Positions 31,812-41,559 of a stretch of 64,000 nt of DNA are shown one piece after another. The stretch is from Gammaproteobacteria bacterium. Lineage in GTDB: Bacteria; Pseudomonadota; Gammaproteobacteria; CAJXQU01. Location: NCBI GenBank assembly GCA_965238175.1, contig CBDEGZ010000003.1, positions 934,089 through 998,088 of the forward strand, given 5' to 3'. Made by a program: the position numbers and the translations under genes. The notes under the pieces were generated by a model. It saw only the letters and a program-made list of their open reading frames with translations, was not told where the DNA came from and searched no databases. How positions within the stretch are numbered: position 1 is the first letter of the stretch; the number at the start of each line of letters is the position of its first letter.

Positions 31812-32148
31812 GTGGTCTGGAAGGAGGGTAGCAATCAAAGAAACTTCGGTGTTTACCTCTTCAAGGGCGATGGTACTTTCGGAGGCCTTATCAATACGAC
31901 GACTGCCGGGTTTGCTCCGGATATTAGCGGGTGTGATAGAGGGCAATGTGCGGATGTCAACGGTGATGGCTTAGCCGATTATACCGTTTCCTTGGATCAT
32001 AACGGTAAAAGGGCTTTGGTCGTGCATCTTTCTAAGGGCGATGGCACGTTCAAGGAACGTGTTTATACAGAAAGCAATGGGAATTTCTTACTGGATAGTT
32101 TGGGTCGTGACAGAGGCATGTTTATCAATGCCAATGAGAAAGGGAGAG
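31812..32148 (+). pseudogene. FG-GAP/VCBS-repeat protein fragment, truncated at both ends
   Basis: Two FKGDGTF ... DVNGDGLADY type repeats and no plausible start. The reading frame runs into the terminal repeat of the Y1 element and then into IS481 copy 2. Confidence 0.5.
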
Positions 32149-32162
32149 GGGCAGGTCTTACA

Positions 32163-33388
32163 TGTAGAAGTTTAGACCCAATCTGACACATCACTAAATC
32201 AAGCGGAGCGTAGCGACGCTTGATTTAGTGAGAGTTACCCGCTTTGATGTAACTGCAACGTAAACATCAAAACACAAAGAGGTAACTCTCATGATTCATA
32301 CTAATGACAAAGTTATAAAACATAAAGTTGGTCTACTCAATCTCGCTGAAGAACTCGGCAATGTCTCAAAAGCCTGCAAGATGATGGGTTTGTCCAGAGA
32401 TACATTTTATCGCTACAAAGAAGCGGCTGATGAAGGCGGTGTAGAAGCCTTGTTTGATCGTAATCGGCGTACCCCAAATCTTAAAAACAGAATCGACCCG
32501 GCTATTGAAACCGTTGTGCTCGAGTATGCACTGGAAGAGCCCGCACATGGTCAAACGCGCACCAGTAACGAGCTGCGCAAACGGGGAACATTTGTCTCAC
32601 CCAGTGGCGTTCGTTGTATCTGGCTTCGTCATGGTCTTGCTTGCTTTAAAGATCGCCTGAAGGCATTGTCTGATAAGGTAGCTGGTGAAGGCTTGATCCT
32701 CACTGAGTCTCAAGTCGCGGCGATGGAACGCAAAAAAGACGACGATGAGGCTTGTGGCGAGATAGAGACGGCACACCCTGGTTATCTTGGCTCGCAAGAT
32801 ACTTACTATGTCGGTACTTTCAAAGGCATTGGTCGGGTTTATCAACAAACGTTTGTTGATACTTACAGCAAGGTCGCTCACGCGAAACTGTACCCGACTA
32901 AAACACCGATTACGGCAGCTGACATGCTCAATGACCGCGTCCTCCCATTCTACGAAGAACAACGTTTGCCTATGTTGCGCATTTTGACAGATAGAGGGAC
33001 GGAGTATTGTGGGCGAGCTGACCAGCATGATTATCAGCTTTATATGGCGTTGAACAATATCGAACACACCAAAACCAAGGTCAAATCACCTCAGACGAAT
33101 GGTATTTGTGAGCGATTCCATAAGACGATCCTCAATGAGTTTTATCAAGTCGCTTTGCGTAAGAAAATTTACCAATCGATTGATGAACTGCAACTCGACC
33201 TTGACGAATGGTTGCTCAAATACAATACTCAACGAACTCACCAAGGCAAAATGTGCTGCGGGAGGACGCCGATGGAAACACTCATCGACGGACAAGCTAT
33301 CTGGAAGGAAAAGTTTGTGAATTAAACTTAACCTGACAGTCGGTTACTGATAATTGGGTAACTGTCAGATCAAATCTGAATTTCTACA
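32163..33388 (+). mobile_element. IS481-family IS, copy 2, 7-bp TSD tcttaca
   Basis: Same 1226-bp sequence. tcttaca occurs at 32156-32162 and at 33389-33395. Confidence 0.9.
32291..33325 (+). CDS. IS481-family DDE transposase
   Basis: Identical 344-aa protein. Confidence 0.85.
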   Translation: MIHTNDKVIKHKVGLLNLAEELGNVSKACKMMGLSRDTFYRYKEAADEGGVEALFDRNRRTPNLKNRIDPAIETVVLEYALEEPAHGQTRTSNELRKRGTFVSPSGVRCIWLRHGLACFKDRLKALSDKVAGEGLILTESQVAAMERKKDDDEACGEIETAHPGYLGSQDTYYVGTFKGIGRVYQQTFVDTYSKVAHAKLYPTKTPITAADMLNDRVLPFYEEQRLPMLRILTDRGTEYCGRADQHDYQLYMALNNIEHTKTKVKSPQTNGICERFHKTILNEFYQVALRKKIYQSIDELQLDLDEWLLKYNTQRTHQGKMCCGRTPMETLIDGQAIWKEKFVN

Positions 33389-33414
33389 TCTTACATTTGA
33401 CATAATGCCGATTT

Positions 33415-33690
33415 TTATCCATTTGCCATTTCAAAAGTCTTCACGGCACGACTCACCGTTGCATAGCTTTTGGAATAGGCCACGCCTACTTCCTTTAGCG
33501 TATAATGCCCACTCAAGTAGGCTCGTGCCATTCCCTCTTTATCTGGGTATTGGGCCAAATAGTAAGTCAGCGGTTGGGATGGGGCTAGCTTTTGTGATCT
33601 GGGGATATCTACCAGAGATTGTTCTTCTTTATAAGTTTGCACTGGGTATTTTCAACAAACTCATCGGAGTCCAGAAACACTTGACTCTTT
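33415..33690 (-). pseudogene. C-terminal fragment of Y1 (IS200-like) transposase with DnaA_C-like HTH
   Basis: KEEQSLVDIPRSQKLAPSQPLTYYLAQYPDKEGMARAYLSGHYTLKEVGVAYSKSYATVSRAVKTFEMANG is about 90% identical to the C-terminus of the 37081-37926 protein. Confidence 0.8.
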
Positions 33691-33832
33691 AATATGTCAA
33701 ATGTAAGGCCTGACCCTGAGGGATCCTCTGAGGGATCCTTTTTGACGTGAGGAATTGCACTTATCGTATGAATTCGCGCTATTGTCGCCTATTTAATGTA
33801 CCCGTTAAATGTAGCAGTTTCAGCTTTTGTTT

Positions 33833-34333
33833 CTAATCCCGACCCCACCACTTTTTCCAGTTCAAGTCTTTGAAGCACGTCTTTCCTTCATCTCTATCAA
33901 AAAAGAATTTAGGGATCTCTTTATTCGTCCGTTTGAAATCACCTTTTGAGTATATCGCATGACCATATCCGCAATCGTCGGCTTGATCATTAGTCCGAAT
34001 GTAAAGTGAGTCATTAGTAAACCTAAAATTCATACTACAGTTGATATTCTCATTTTCCTTAATCATGGTGAAGTTTGCTTTCCCTAAACTTTCAATATTC
34101 ATTTGCCCAACAATTGCACCACTATTATAGGAAGGAGCACCACGGTTCAATTCTAAGTAAAAAAGGAGTGTACTATCAGAATTCGGATATACATAGATTA
34201 CACCTGTCCGTCCGTTTTCTGGAGTTGTTCCATAGGAGTATGTTCCACCATATCCTAGGTCCTGTCCGTAGGCAGTTTTAATCATTAAAAAGAGTAGTAC
34301 GAGTATTTTGCTTTTCATTTTTTCATTAAGCAC
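33833..34333 (-). CDS. Hypothetical secreted protein
   Basis: Signal peptide MKSKILVLLFLMIKTAYGQ. AT-rich gene, no family recognised. Confidence 0.45.
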   Translation of the reverse strand: MLNEKMKSKILVLLFLMIKTAYGQDLGYGGTYSYGTTPENGRTGVIYVYPNSDSTLLFYLELNRGAPSYNSGAIVGQMNIESLGKANFTMIKENENINCSMNFRFTNDSLYIRTNDQADDCGYGHAIYSKGDFKRTNKEIPKFFFDRDEGKTCFKDLNWKKWWGRD

Positions 34334-35204
34334 AACGTTGTCGTATAAGAAGAGTAAGGGATTAAAACCTATTTGTTTTTCGGTTTAGTACTTAGCTTAA
34401 TCTAAATTTAAGTGGGTTTTAAGCACGAATTCTTTGCTTTAGCTATCTTAGATGGCCTCTTATTAAAAACGAGTTTACTGGTATCCTCTGCTAATGTATT
34501 TCAACCTGCTTTTTTCTTTTGTTACCGTTTCTTTTCCATCACAATTATTATCCATATTTACAAAATCTTCTCTCTCCGTTATTGTATTTTTAGCTAGCAG
34601 GTCAAAAAAACCATTAGTTTCATTATTGGTCATAACTAAAACCTTGTTTTGTAAACTTCCCTGCACAGATTGTATTTCATTCACCATTAAACTGTTTAAT
34701 TGTATAATTTTTCAGGATATTCTCTAAAGCATGTGATGCCACTACAAAAAGAAAAATTGTTGCATAGTGGTACGGGTCTGGCCTCGAACTATTGATAGTA
34801 TATTCGAATTCCAAATGATCTCTTGTTTTTGGTTATCGTATACGGTGCTGTATCGATTTTTATGTGTTCCATTCTAAGCGTATCAGAAACTCATTCATGG
34901 GTGTCTGCGCTTTCAAAGTATTTGTGCTTTATTTTTCCGGTTTTAGTGTCCGTGATTAAAATTTAGCTATTCAGTGTAAAATAATCCTCCTCTTCCTCTG
35001 CAACTTCTAGAATCACAATGATGGTTTCTTCAAGATGATCAGGATGTACTTTAGACGCGATTAAATCTGTTTTTATGTTCTCCTTATCTAAGTTTAATTC
35101 CCTTAGAAGAGAATGAATGTGATTGGGTTTTGAACATAACAATTCAATCCAATGAGCAATGTTATTATGAATATAAATTTTTTCATCTTGTTTTATACAA
35201 CGTT

Positions 35205-35930
35205 TTATTGAGTTAATCCACTTTCAAAAGCACCTAACACAAATTTTGTATCATTTAAAAAATTCTCTTTAAATAGTTGTGTTGGCACAAGCCATAGTCC
35301 TAACTGCAAATGTTTACGGGTGGAAGAGTTTGATAGTGGTTGCGAGCCAACAAAACGAACTCCAATTTTTCCATCCTTCATTTTTGTATCAATTATGGTA
35401 AAACTATAAGCGTTAAGTTCTATAAAATTATTAAGACCATTCAGCAATCCAAGTATTTCATCAAACGATTTGATTGAACCCATCTTAACTTTAGTAGATG
35501 AAATATTAAGTTGGCTAGACAGCCAACTATCATTTTTGAATGCGTTCAATATTGATTCTTCGGTAAATAAATCGGTAAGATTAACTTTTTCTAGTGTTTG
35601 TAAATCTATGGTTTCGACTGTTATTGTGTTTCCATAATATCCACATCCTGTTTCTGAACCAAAGAAATATTCATAACTAAAATAAGCGCCAACCAATGAC
35701 AATGGGTTTCGGTCTATGTTTACCAGAACTGGACATCCTTCAGTTTCGTTGGATTTCCTATAGGCAATTTCCTCTTTTTTAGAATCATAAATCTCAATAT
35801 CTCTGTAGAATGCTCTTGTGTTATAAATTACGAAGCCATCGTTATCCTTTGGATAGATCGCTGCATCTTTTTGAGCAAATACCGAATTGATCGGCAATAG
35901 AAGTAGAAAGATTTTAAGGATTGTTTTCAT
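35205..35930 (-). CDS. Hypothetical secreted protein
   Basis: Signal peptide MKTILKIFLLLLPINSVFAQ (start at 35930 preferred over 35966). AT-rich. Confidence 0.45.
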   Translation of the reverse strand: MKTILKIFLLLLPINSVFAQKDAAIYPKDNDGFVIYNTRAFYRDIEIYDSKKEEIAYRKSNETEGCPVLVNIDRNPLSLVGAYFSYEYFFGSETGCGYYGNTITVETIDLQTLEKVNLTDLFTEESILNAFKNDSWLSSQLNISSTKVKMGSIKSFDEILGLLNGLNNFIELNAYSFTIIDTKMKDGKIGVRFVGSQPLSNSSTRKHLQLGLWLVPTQLFKENFLNDTKFVLGAFESGLTQ

Positions 35931-36396
35931 ATGGTTTGTCGCTAGTGGTTCAGACCACTCAGTCACGCTTGTTTTTGTTAATGATTCTTTAATTTCAAAG
36001 AGTTCCTAATTGTTACGAACGCATGCTGCAAAAATTAAAAACGCAGGCAGGCGACGCAAAATGCGCGCGCCTGCTACGAGCGTTAGGCGAGAAAAACCCA
36101 AACTCTACACTATATTTAAGAGAACGCGTTAGTACTCATTACTAGCATCAGTAGCCCTACAATTTTTAGAGGCCTTCCAGAAATTAATCATCGTCAGGCT
36201 TACAGGGATCCCTCAGGACCTGATCCTTTCTTTTTTTTCTTTTTCTCACCTTAGTTTTATACTAAAGTGGTGCGTTTCGTTTTAGAATGTGGGCCTTTAC
36301 TTTTCCCAGTTGGCCGTCACCTTATATTTATTGGGATAAGAGAAATAAAGCATATGTTAAAGAATGGCTGTTCGATTGACAGATAACTCAAACGTT

Positions 36397-36843
36397 ATGT
36401 TGAAAGGAACACTCCTATATATTGTAATTTTCTTTATAAGTATTGCATGGCTTTCATGTTCAAAGCCCCTACCCAATAATTCATTTCAATTTGATAAGGC
36501 AGACAATGTAAAACTTAATGGCATTGACCTCACCCACAGCCAGATTGATAATATCGAAAAATTATTGAACAACTTACCGAATGCTAAAAAAGACACTTAT
36601 AGCCGGGCGCCTCTATTCATTACGTCATTTGAAAATGATAAGCTAAAACAGGTAATATCAATTTTCAAAAAAGAGATGTTCGTTTATAAGGGCGTTGACT
36701 TGGATTCCTGGGAAGATCGGATGAAAGGAAAGGAATCCAAAGGATACAAAGCTAATAAAGCTTTAATTGAATTATTAGAGGACATAGTGAACAAAAAACA
36801 TAACAAAACATTCAAGACGGACCAGCTACCGCCGGCCGCTTAA
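36397..36843 (+). CDS. Hypothetical lipoprotein
   Basis: MLKGTLLYIVIFFISIAWLSCS lipobox-like N-terminus. AT-rich. Confidence 0.4.
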   Translation: MLKGTLLYIVIFFISIAWLSCSKPLPNNSFQFDKADNVKLNGIDLTHSQIDNIEKLLNNLPNAKKDTYSRAPLFITSFENDKLKQVISIFKKEMFVYKGVDLDSWEDRMKGKESKGYKANKALIELLEDIVNKKHNKTFKTDQLPPAA

Positions 36844-37009
36844 CTGGACTGTTATGTTAAAAAGATGAACACATGATACAGCATAAATATACAGGGTTAG
36901 ACCACAGGAAGCAGAATGTAGAAGAAAATGTTGTTGATGCCATTTTTCATTACGATAATGATCTTTGTGAGATTGAGCTAAAGAAATGTCTTAAACAACA
37001 AGTTCATCA

Positions 37010-37960
37010 GGGTCAGGCCTTACAATTGACATTCTCCAGCCTCTTCCTTATTCTGGGTCGTTTTATATTAAGGTATCCTTATGGCTAGGCCATTACGCAT
37101 TGAGTATTCAGGGGCGCTTTACCACGTCACATCCCGGGGTAACGCGCAGCAGGATATATATCTGAGCGATGACGACAGGCGACAATTTCTCACGTTACTA
37201 AGCAATGTCTGTGAGCGACATCAGTGGTATTGTCATGCCTATTGTTTGATGTCGAATCACTACCATCTATTGATCGAAACACAGACACCGACTCTTTCCA
37301 AGGGAATGAAATACCTCAATGGTAGCTACACGCAATATTTTAATCGCAATCATCAGCGGGTAGGGCATGTATTTCAGGGGCGATTTAAAGCGATTATGCT
37401 GGAGGCCGAGAGTTATCTGTTGGAACTGTGTCGCTATATTGTATTAAATCCAGTTCGGGCACAGATGGTTAGGTCGGCTAAGGATTGGCCGTGGAGCAGT
37501 TACCGCGCTACAGCAGGTATGACTAAGCCGGTCAATGCGTTGACAACAGATTGGGTATTGGGTTGTTTTAGTAAGCAAAAAAAGCGCGCTATTAAGGGTT
37601 ATAGATTGTTTGTTTCAGAAGGTAGAAATCAGCCGTCCCCATGGAAGGCATTAAAGAATCAGGTGTTTCTAGGCTCCGATGAGTTTGTTGAAGATACCCA
37701 GAACAAGCTTAAGGAAGAGCATTCTCTGGTGGATATTCCCAGGTCGCAAAAGCTAACCCCATCCCAACCGCTGACTTACTATTTGGCCGAATACCCAGAT
37801 AAAGAAGGAATGGCGCGAGCCTATTTGAGTGGGCATTATACGTTAAAGGAAGTAGGCGTGGCCTATTCCAAAAGCTATGCAACGGTGAGTCGTGCCGTGA
37901 AGGCTTTTGAAAGGGCAAGTGGATAGAAATCGGCATTATATCAAATGTAAGTCCTGACCC
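37010..37960 (+). mobile_element. Intact Y1-transposase element (about 951 bp) with imperfect terminal inverted repeats
   Basis: Left gggtcaggccttacaattgacat (37010-37032) and right atatcaaatgtaagtcctgaccc (37938-37960) are imperfect reverse complements of each other. Confidence 0.6.
37081..37926 (+). CDS. IS200-like Y1 (HUH) transposase domain protein with C-terminal DnaA_C-like HTH
   Basis: YHVTSRGN, CLMSNHYHLLIET (HUH) and GHVFQGRFK motifs. The C-terminal YTLKEVGVAYSKSYATVSRAV is an HTH. Confidence 0.8.
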   Translation: MARPLRIEYSGALYHVTSRGNAQQDIYLSDDDRRQFLTLLSNVCERHQWYCHAYCLMSNHYHLLIETQTPTLSKGMKYLNGSYTQYFNRNHQRVGHVFQGRFKAIMLEAESYLLELCRYIVLNPVRAQMVRSAKDWPWSSYRATAGMTKPVNALTTDWVLGCFSKQKKRAIKGYRLFVSEGRNQPSPWKALKNQVFLGSDEFVEDTQNKLKEEHSLVDIPRSQKLTPSQPLTYYLAEYPDKEGMARAYLSGHYTLKEVGVAYSKSYATVSRAVKAFERASG

Positions 37961-37971
37961 TATTTACCTAG

Positions 37972-38199
37972 CAGGTATTCTTTCCCAAAGAGCTTGGCCC
38001 TGTTGATGGTGAACTTGACGTTATTGCACCGTTTAAAAATCTGGATGAAGTCACCGATCAGATCATCAACAAAACCACGGGTGGTGGCTGGTTCCTGATC
38101 CCATGGAACCGCCGCAATCAGACGGGCGCTTTAGAGATCACCAACGGGCTTGGGCAAGCGGGCGCGCGTGAAGGCCGCCAAAGTGAATGTGACCAATAG
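37972..38199 (+). pseudogene. 3' fragment of an unknown gene truncated by the Y1 element
   Basis: Open frame with no start: QVFFPKELGPVDGELDVIAPFKNLDEVTDQIINKTTGGGWFLIPWNRRNQTGALEITNGLGQAGAREGRQSECDQ*. It begins 12 nt after the element end and is followed by an RBS plus an ATG. Confidence 0.4.
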
Positions 38200-38207
38200 G
38201 AGTAGAT

Positions 38208-38748
38208 ATGCTAGATTTTAAAGAGATATACAGCCTATTTGATCAGTCAATCGCGCTCTATGAAGTTGGTGCCAACCGCCTCGATGAAATAGTTGAGCAA
38301 TTAGGTGATCATGTCCTTCATAGAAAGCCGTTACCACCAGAAATTCTACGAATGATGGAAAACAGCGCGCCCTTGCAAAGTGACATCAGAACGCAAATGG
38401 GAAATCTATAATGAATTGCGAAAAATGCCGAATTTGTTACGGCGGTCACAAAAGTTTTTGCGTGAGTCTTTAGGTGAAGGGGATGCTATTAGTTCTTTAA
38501 CATATGCATACGCATATGTTAAATACCAAAGATCCTACCAAGATCAATTGGGGTTTTGGAACAAATTGGAAGACCCCGCTTTGATGGATTTTGAGAAAAA
38601 AAGCTATGATGTTGCTTTACGTCTCAGTGATATTTTTACGATTGTGTCTGAAGATGGCAGCATGCCGTATTCAAATGATACAGCAGATGTAGCCCTTGCA
38701 GCCGAACTCTCACGCAATAACCCATGGGCGAAATACGCAACAAAATAA
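38208..38748 (+). pseudogene. Frameshifted hypothetical gene (possible immunity partner of the upstream fragment)
   Basis: ORFs 38208-38411 and 38380-38748 overlap in different frames and look like one disrupted gene. aggag lies 5 nt before the ATG. Confidence 0.4.
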
Positions 38749-38862
38749 CTTAAAGGGGGGGATTCAATTTCAAAGTGCACTATCGCTGTTAATGGCGTGT
38801 TTTGGAGTGGAAACCGTCCAAATGCTATTCTACTTATTTTTTAGAATGGGTGGCTTAATCTA

Positions 38863-38905
38863 AAGTTTATCAGGGTCAGACCTTACAATTGACATTCTCC
38901 AGTCT
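38863..38905 (+). repeat. Solo copy of the Y1-element left end
   Basis: The 43-nt stretch aagtttatcagggtcagaccttacaattgacattctccagtct differs at 3 positions from 37000-37042. Confidence 0.8.
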
Positions 38906-39023
38906 GGTAGATCCACGTTTTAAGTGTAACTCTCCTTAATTAAAGTTACTAGATTAGCTAGTAATTGCTTAATAGAAAATTGCACTTAAAACGGATCCCT
39001 CAGGGTTAGATACTGTCTTAAAT

Positions 39024-40249
39024 TGTAGAAGTTTAGACCCAATCTGACACATCACTAAATCAAGCGGAGCGTAGCGACGCTTGATTTAGTGAGAGTTACC
39101 CGCTTTGATGTAACTGCAACGTAAACATCAAAACACAAAGAGGTAACTCTCATGATTCATACTAATGACAAAGTTATAAAACATAAAGTTGGTCTACTCA
39201 ATCTCGCTGAAGAACTCGGCAATGTCTCAAAAGCCTGCAAGATGATGGGTTTGTCCAGAGATACATTTTATCGCTACAAAGAAGCGGCTGATGAAGGCGG
39301 TGTAGAAGCCTTGTTTGATCGTAATCGGCGTACCCCAAATCTTAAAAACAGAATCGACCCGGCTATTGAAACCGTTGTGCTCGAGTATGCACTGGAAGAG
39401 CCCGCACATGGTCAAACGCGCACCAGTAACGAGCTGCGCAAACGGGGAACATTTGTCTCACCCAGTGGCGTTCGTTGTATCTGGCTTCGTCATGGTCTTG
39501 CTTGCTTTAAAGATCGCCTGAAGGCATTGTCTGATAAGGTAGCTGGTGAAGGCTTGATCCTCACTGAGTCTCAAGTCGCGGCGATGGAACGCAAAAAAGA
39601 CGACGATGAGGCTTGTGGCGAGATAGAAACGGCACACCCTGGTTATCTTGGCTCGCAAGATACTTACTATGTCGGTACTTTCAAAGGCATTGGTCGGGTT
39701 TATCAACAAACGTTTGTTGATACTTACAGCAAGGTCGCTCACGCGAAACTGTACCCGACTAAAACACCGATTACGGCAGCTGACATGCTCAATGACCGCG
39801 TCCTCCCATTCTACGAAGAACAACGTTTGCCTATGTTGCGCATTTTGACAGATAGAGGGACGGAGTATTGTGGGCGAGCTGACCAGCATGATTATCAGCT
39901 TTATATGGCGTTGAACAATATCGAACACACCAAAACCAAGGTCAAATCACCTCAGACGAATGGTATTTGTGAGCGATTCCATAAGACGATCCTCAATGAG
40001 TTTTATCAAGTCGCTTTGCGTAAGAAAATTTACCAATCGATTGATGAACTGCAACTCGACCTTGACGAATGGTTGCTCAAATACAATACTCAACGAACTC
40101 ACCAAGGCAAAATGTGCTGCGGGAGGACGCCGATGGAAACACTCATCGACGGACAAGCTATCTGGAAGGAAAAGTTTGTGAATTAAACTTAACCTGACAG
40201 TCGGTTACTGATAATTGGGTAACTGTCAGATCAAATCTGAATTTCTACA
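39024..40249 (+). mobile_element. IS481-family IS, copy 3, flanks cttaaat / cttaaag
   Basis: Same 1226 bp with one substitution (a at 39628 where the other copies have g; synonymous). The TSD matches at 6 of 7 positions. Confidence 0.9.
39152..40186 (+). CDS. IS481-family DDE transposase
   Basis: Identical 344-aa protein. Confidence 0.85.
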   Translation: MIHTNDKVIKHKVGLLNLAEELGNVSKACKMMGLSRDTFYRYKEAADEGGVEALFDRNRRTPNLKNRIDPAIETVVLEYALEEPAHGQTRTSNELRKRGTFVSPSGVRCIWLRHGLACFKDRLKALSDKVAGEGLILTESQVAAMERKKDDDEACGEIETAHPGYLGSQDTYYVGTFKGIGRVYQQTFVDTYSKVAHAKLYPTKTPITAADMLNDRVLPFYEEQRLPMLRILTDRGTEYCGRADQHDYQLYMALNNIEHTKTKVKSPQTNGICERFHKTILNEFYQVALRKKIYQSIDELQLDLDEWLLKYNTQRTHQGKMCCGRTPMETLIDGQAIWKEKFVN

Positions 40250-40263
40250 CTTAAAGATCAAGT

Positions 40264-40404
40264 CTAAATGCCATTAATTTGATAATGAACATCAAAGGGT
40301 TTACCTGATTTCAACACCCCATAAGCCAACACCAACAGCTTTCGCATCACCGCGACCAATGCGACTTTCTTAGGCTTGCCTTTTGCCAATAGCTTTTTAT
40401 AGAA
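40264..40404 (-). pseudogene. 3' remnant of a different IS110-family transposase
   Basis: Manual translation FYKKLLAKGKPKKVALVAVMRKLLVLAYGVLKSGKPFDVHYQINGI* is the typical IS110 C-terminus. It is only 46 codons long. Confidence 0.6.
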
Positions 40405-40435
40405 TTAATTCTGACTCTTGTTGGTTTTGATTCCT

Positions 40436-41053
40436 TCATGAGTATTCTAACCATCCTGTCATAACATACTTCGTGCCTTTAAGAGGTGGATTACCACGAT
40501 GAAGATGTGTCCAACCAGCAGGCCAGATAACGCATCTACCAGCTTTTGGTTGTACTCGACGACTCTGATACAAAAATTCTGTCTCACCACCTTCTTCGAC
40601 ATCATTTAAGTACAACATATAAGCACTATGTCTGCGAAGAAAACTTAGAGCTCCATTCTCATGATGCCAGACATGATAACCACCTGATGGTTCTGTTCTC
40701 TGTATTTTGTAAGTGAAGATAGTATGTGGAGGAATATCGTTCAGAACTTGAAACTGATCGCAGTAATGTTTGTATGCTTGATTCCAGAAAGCATCGTTAA
40801 AGCCATCTATGAACCCAACTAAGTTTTCATAATTAAAATCAATTTCACTGTGACTATTTGGATTTAGAAACACAGAAAAATCTTTTACCGTTAATCCTTC
40901 AGACTCTAGTTCCGTATCTTCTCTCGACCTTCCGTAAGTTTTATTGTTTTTATTACACCACTCAAAGTACTCGATGAGTTCCTGGCAATATTCTTTACTG
41001 ACCATATCATCATATACACCAATGAAATCTTCATTCTGTACATCCATAACCAC
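40436..41053 (-). CDS. 2OG-Fe(II) oxygenase superfamily protein
   Basis: HxD/E...H-type pattern: YHVWHHENG, GGETEF, WPAGWTHLHRG. Confidence 0.65.
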   Translation of the reverse strand: MVMDVQNEDFIGVYDDMVSKEYCQELIEYFEWCNKNNKTYGRSREDTELESEGLTVKDFSVFLNPNSHSEIDFNYENLVGFIDGFNDAFWNQAYKHYCDQFQVLNDIPPHTIFTYKIQRTEPSGGYHVWHHENGALSFLRRHSAYMLYLNDVEEGGETEFLYQSRRVQPKAGRCVIWPAGWTHLHRGNPPLKGTKYVMTGWLEYS

Positions 41054-41559
41054 ACACTCCTCAATTTAAGACCAATCTGGTCTTTCATACCATTAGCAAG
41101 ACTAATTCTTTTACCCTTAGTTACGGGTGTTGCTCTGTGTACTACGAAACTCGGAAAGCAACGAAACCACCCAATAACTTATCAGGATATTGATTATTGT
41201 CACAATCTAACAACTCTAATTGACTGCCTTCAAAATCTTCAGGTGATGGCAATAGAACAGATGCTGAAACTTTTCTTTGTTGTTGTACATATGACAGTTA
41301 TTTAAAATCAATAGGGTCATTGAAAGCAAAATATCAATCGAAATTGACCTTATTGATACACAGAGTACCGTACGTGTTGCAATTCATGCAAAGCAAAGGC
41401 CAAGTTCAGGGAATGCCTTGGTTTAAACGAAAATAGGGCGTGAAAATGGATCACAAATTCTTACTATATTGGGTGATTTAGAGATTCTTTTTTTGACAAA
41501 GATGATGAGGATTATGAATGGCCTGCCTGCATATATATTATTGGGACTGCTCTAACGAA

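Larger units (their letters stand above)
32149..33716 (-). mobile_element. Internally deleted Y1-transposase element (MITE-like derivative) interrupted by IS481 copy 2
   Basis: The end gggcaggtcttaca|IS|tttgacataatgccga matches the reverse complement of the right end of the intact element at 37929-37960. The other end, atgtcaaatgtaaggcctgaccc (33694-33716), matches the left IR. Confidence 0.65.

Noticed and set aside
33354-33692. 112-aa plus-strand ORF after IS481 copy 2
   Set aside because: It is antisense to the clearly homologous C-terminal fragment of the Y1 transposase, and it begins inside the IS end.
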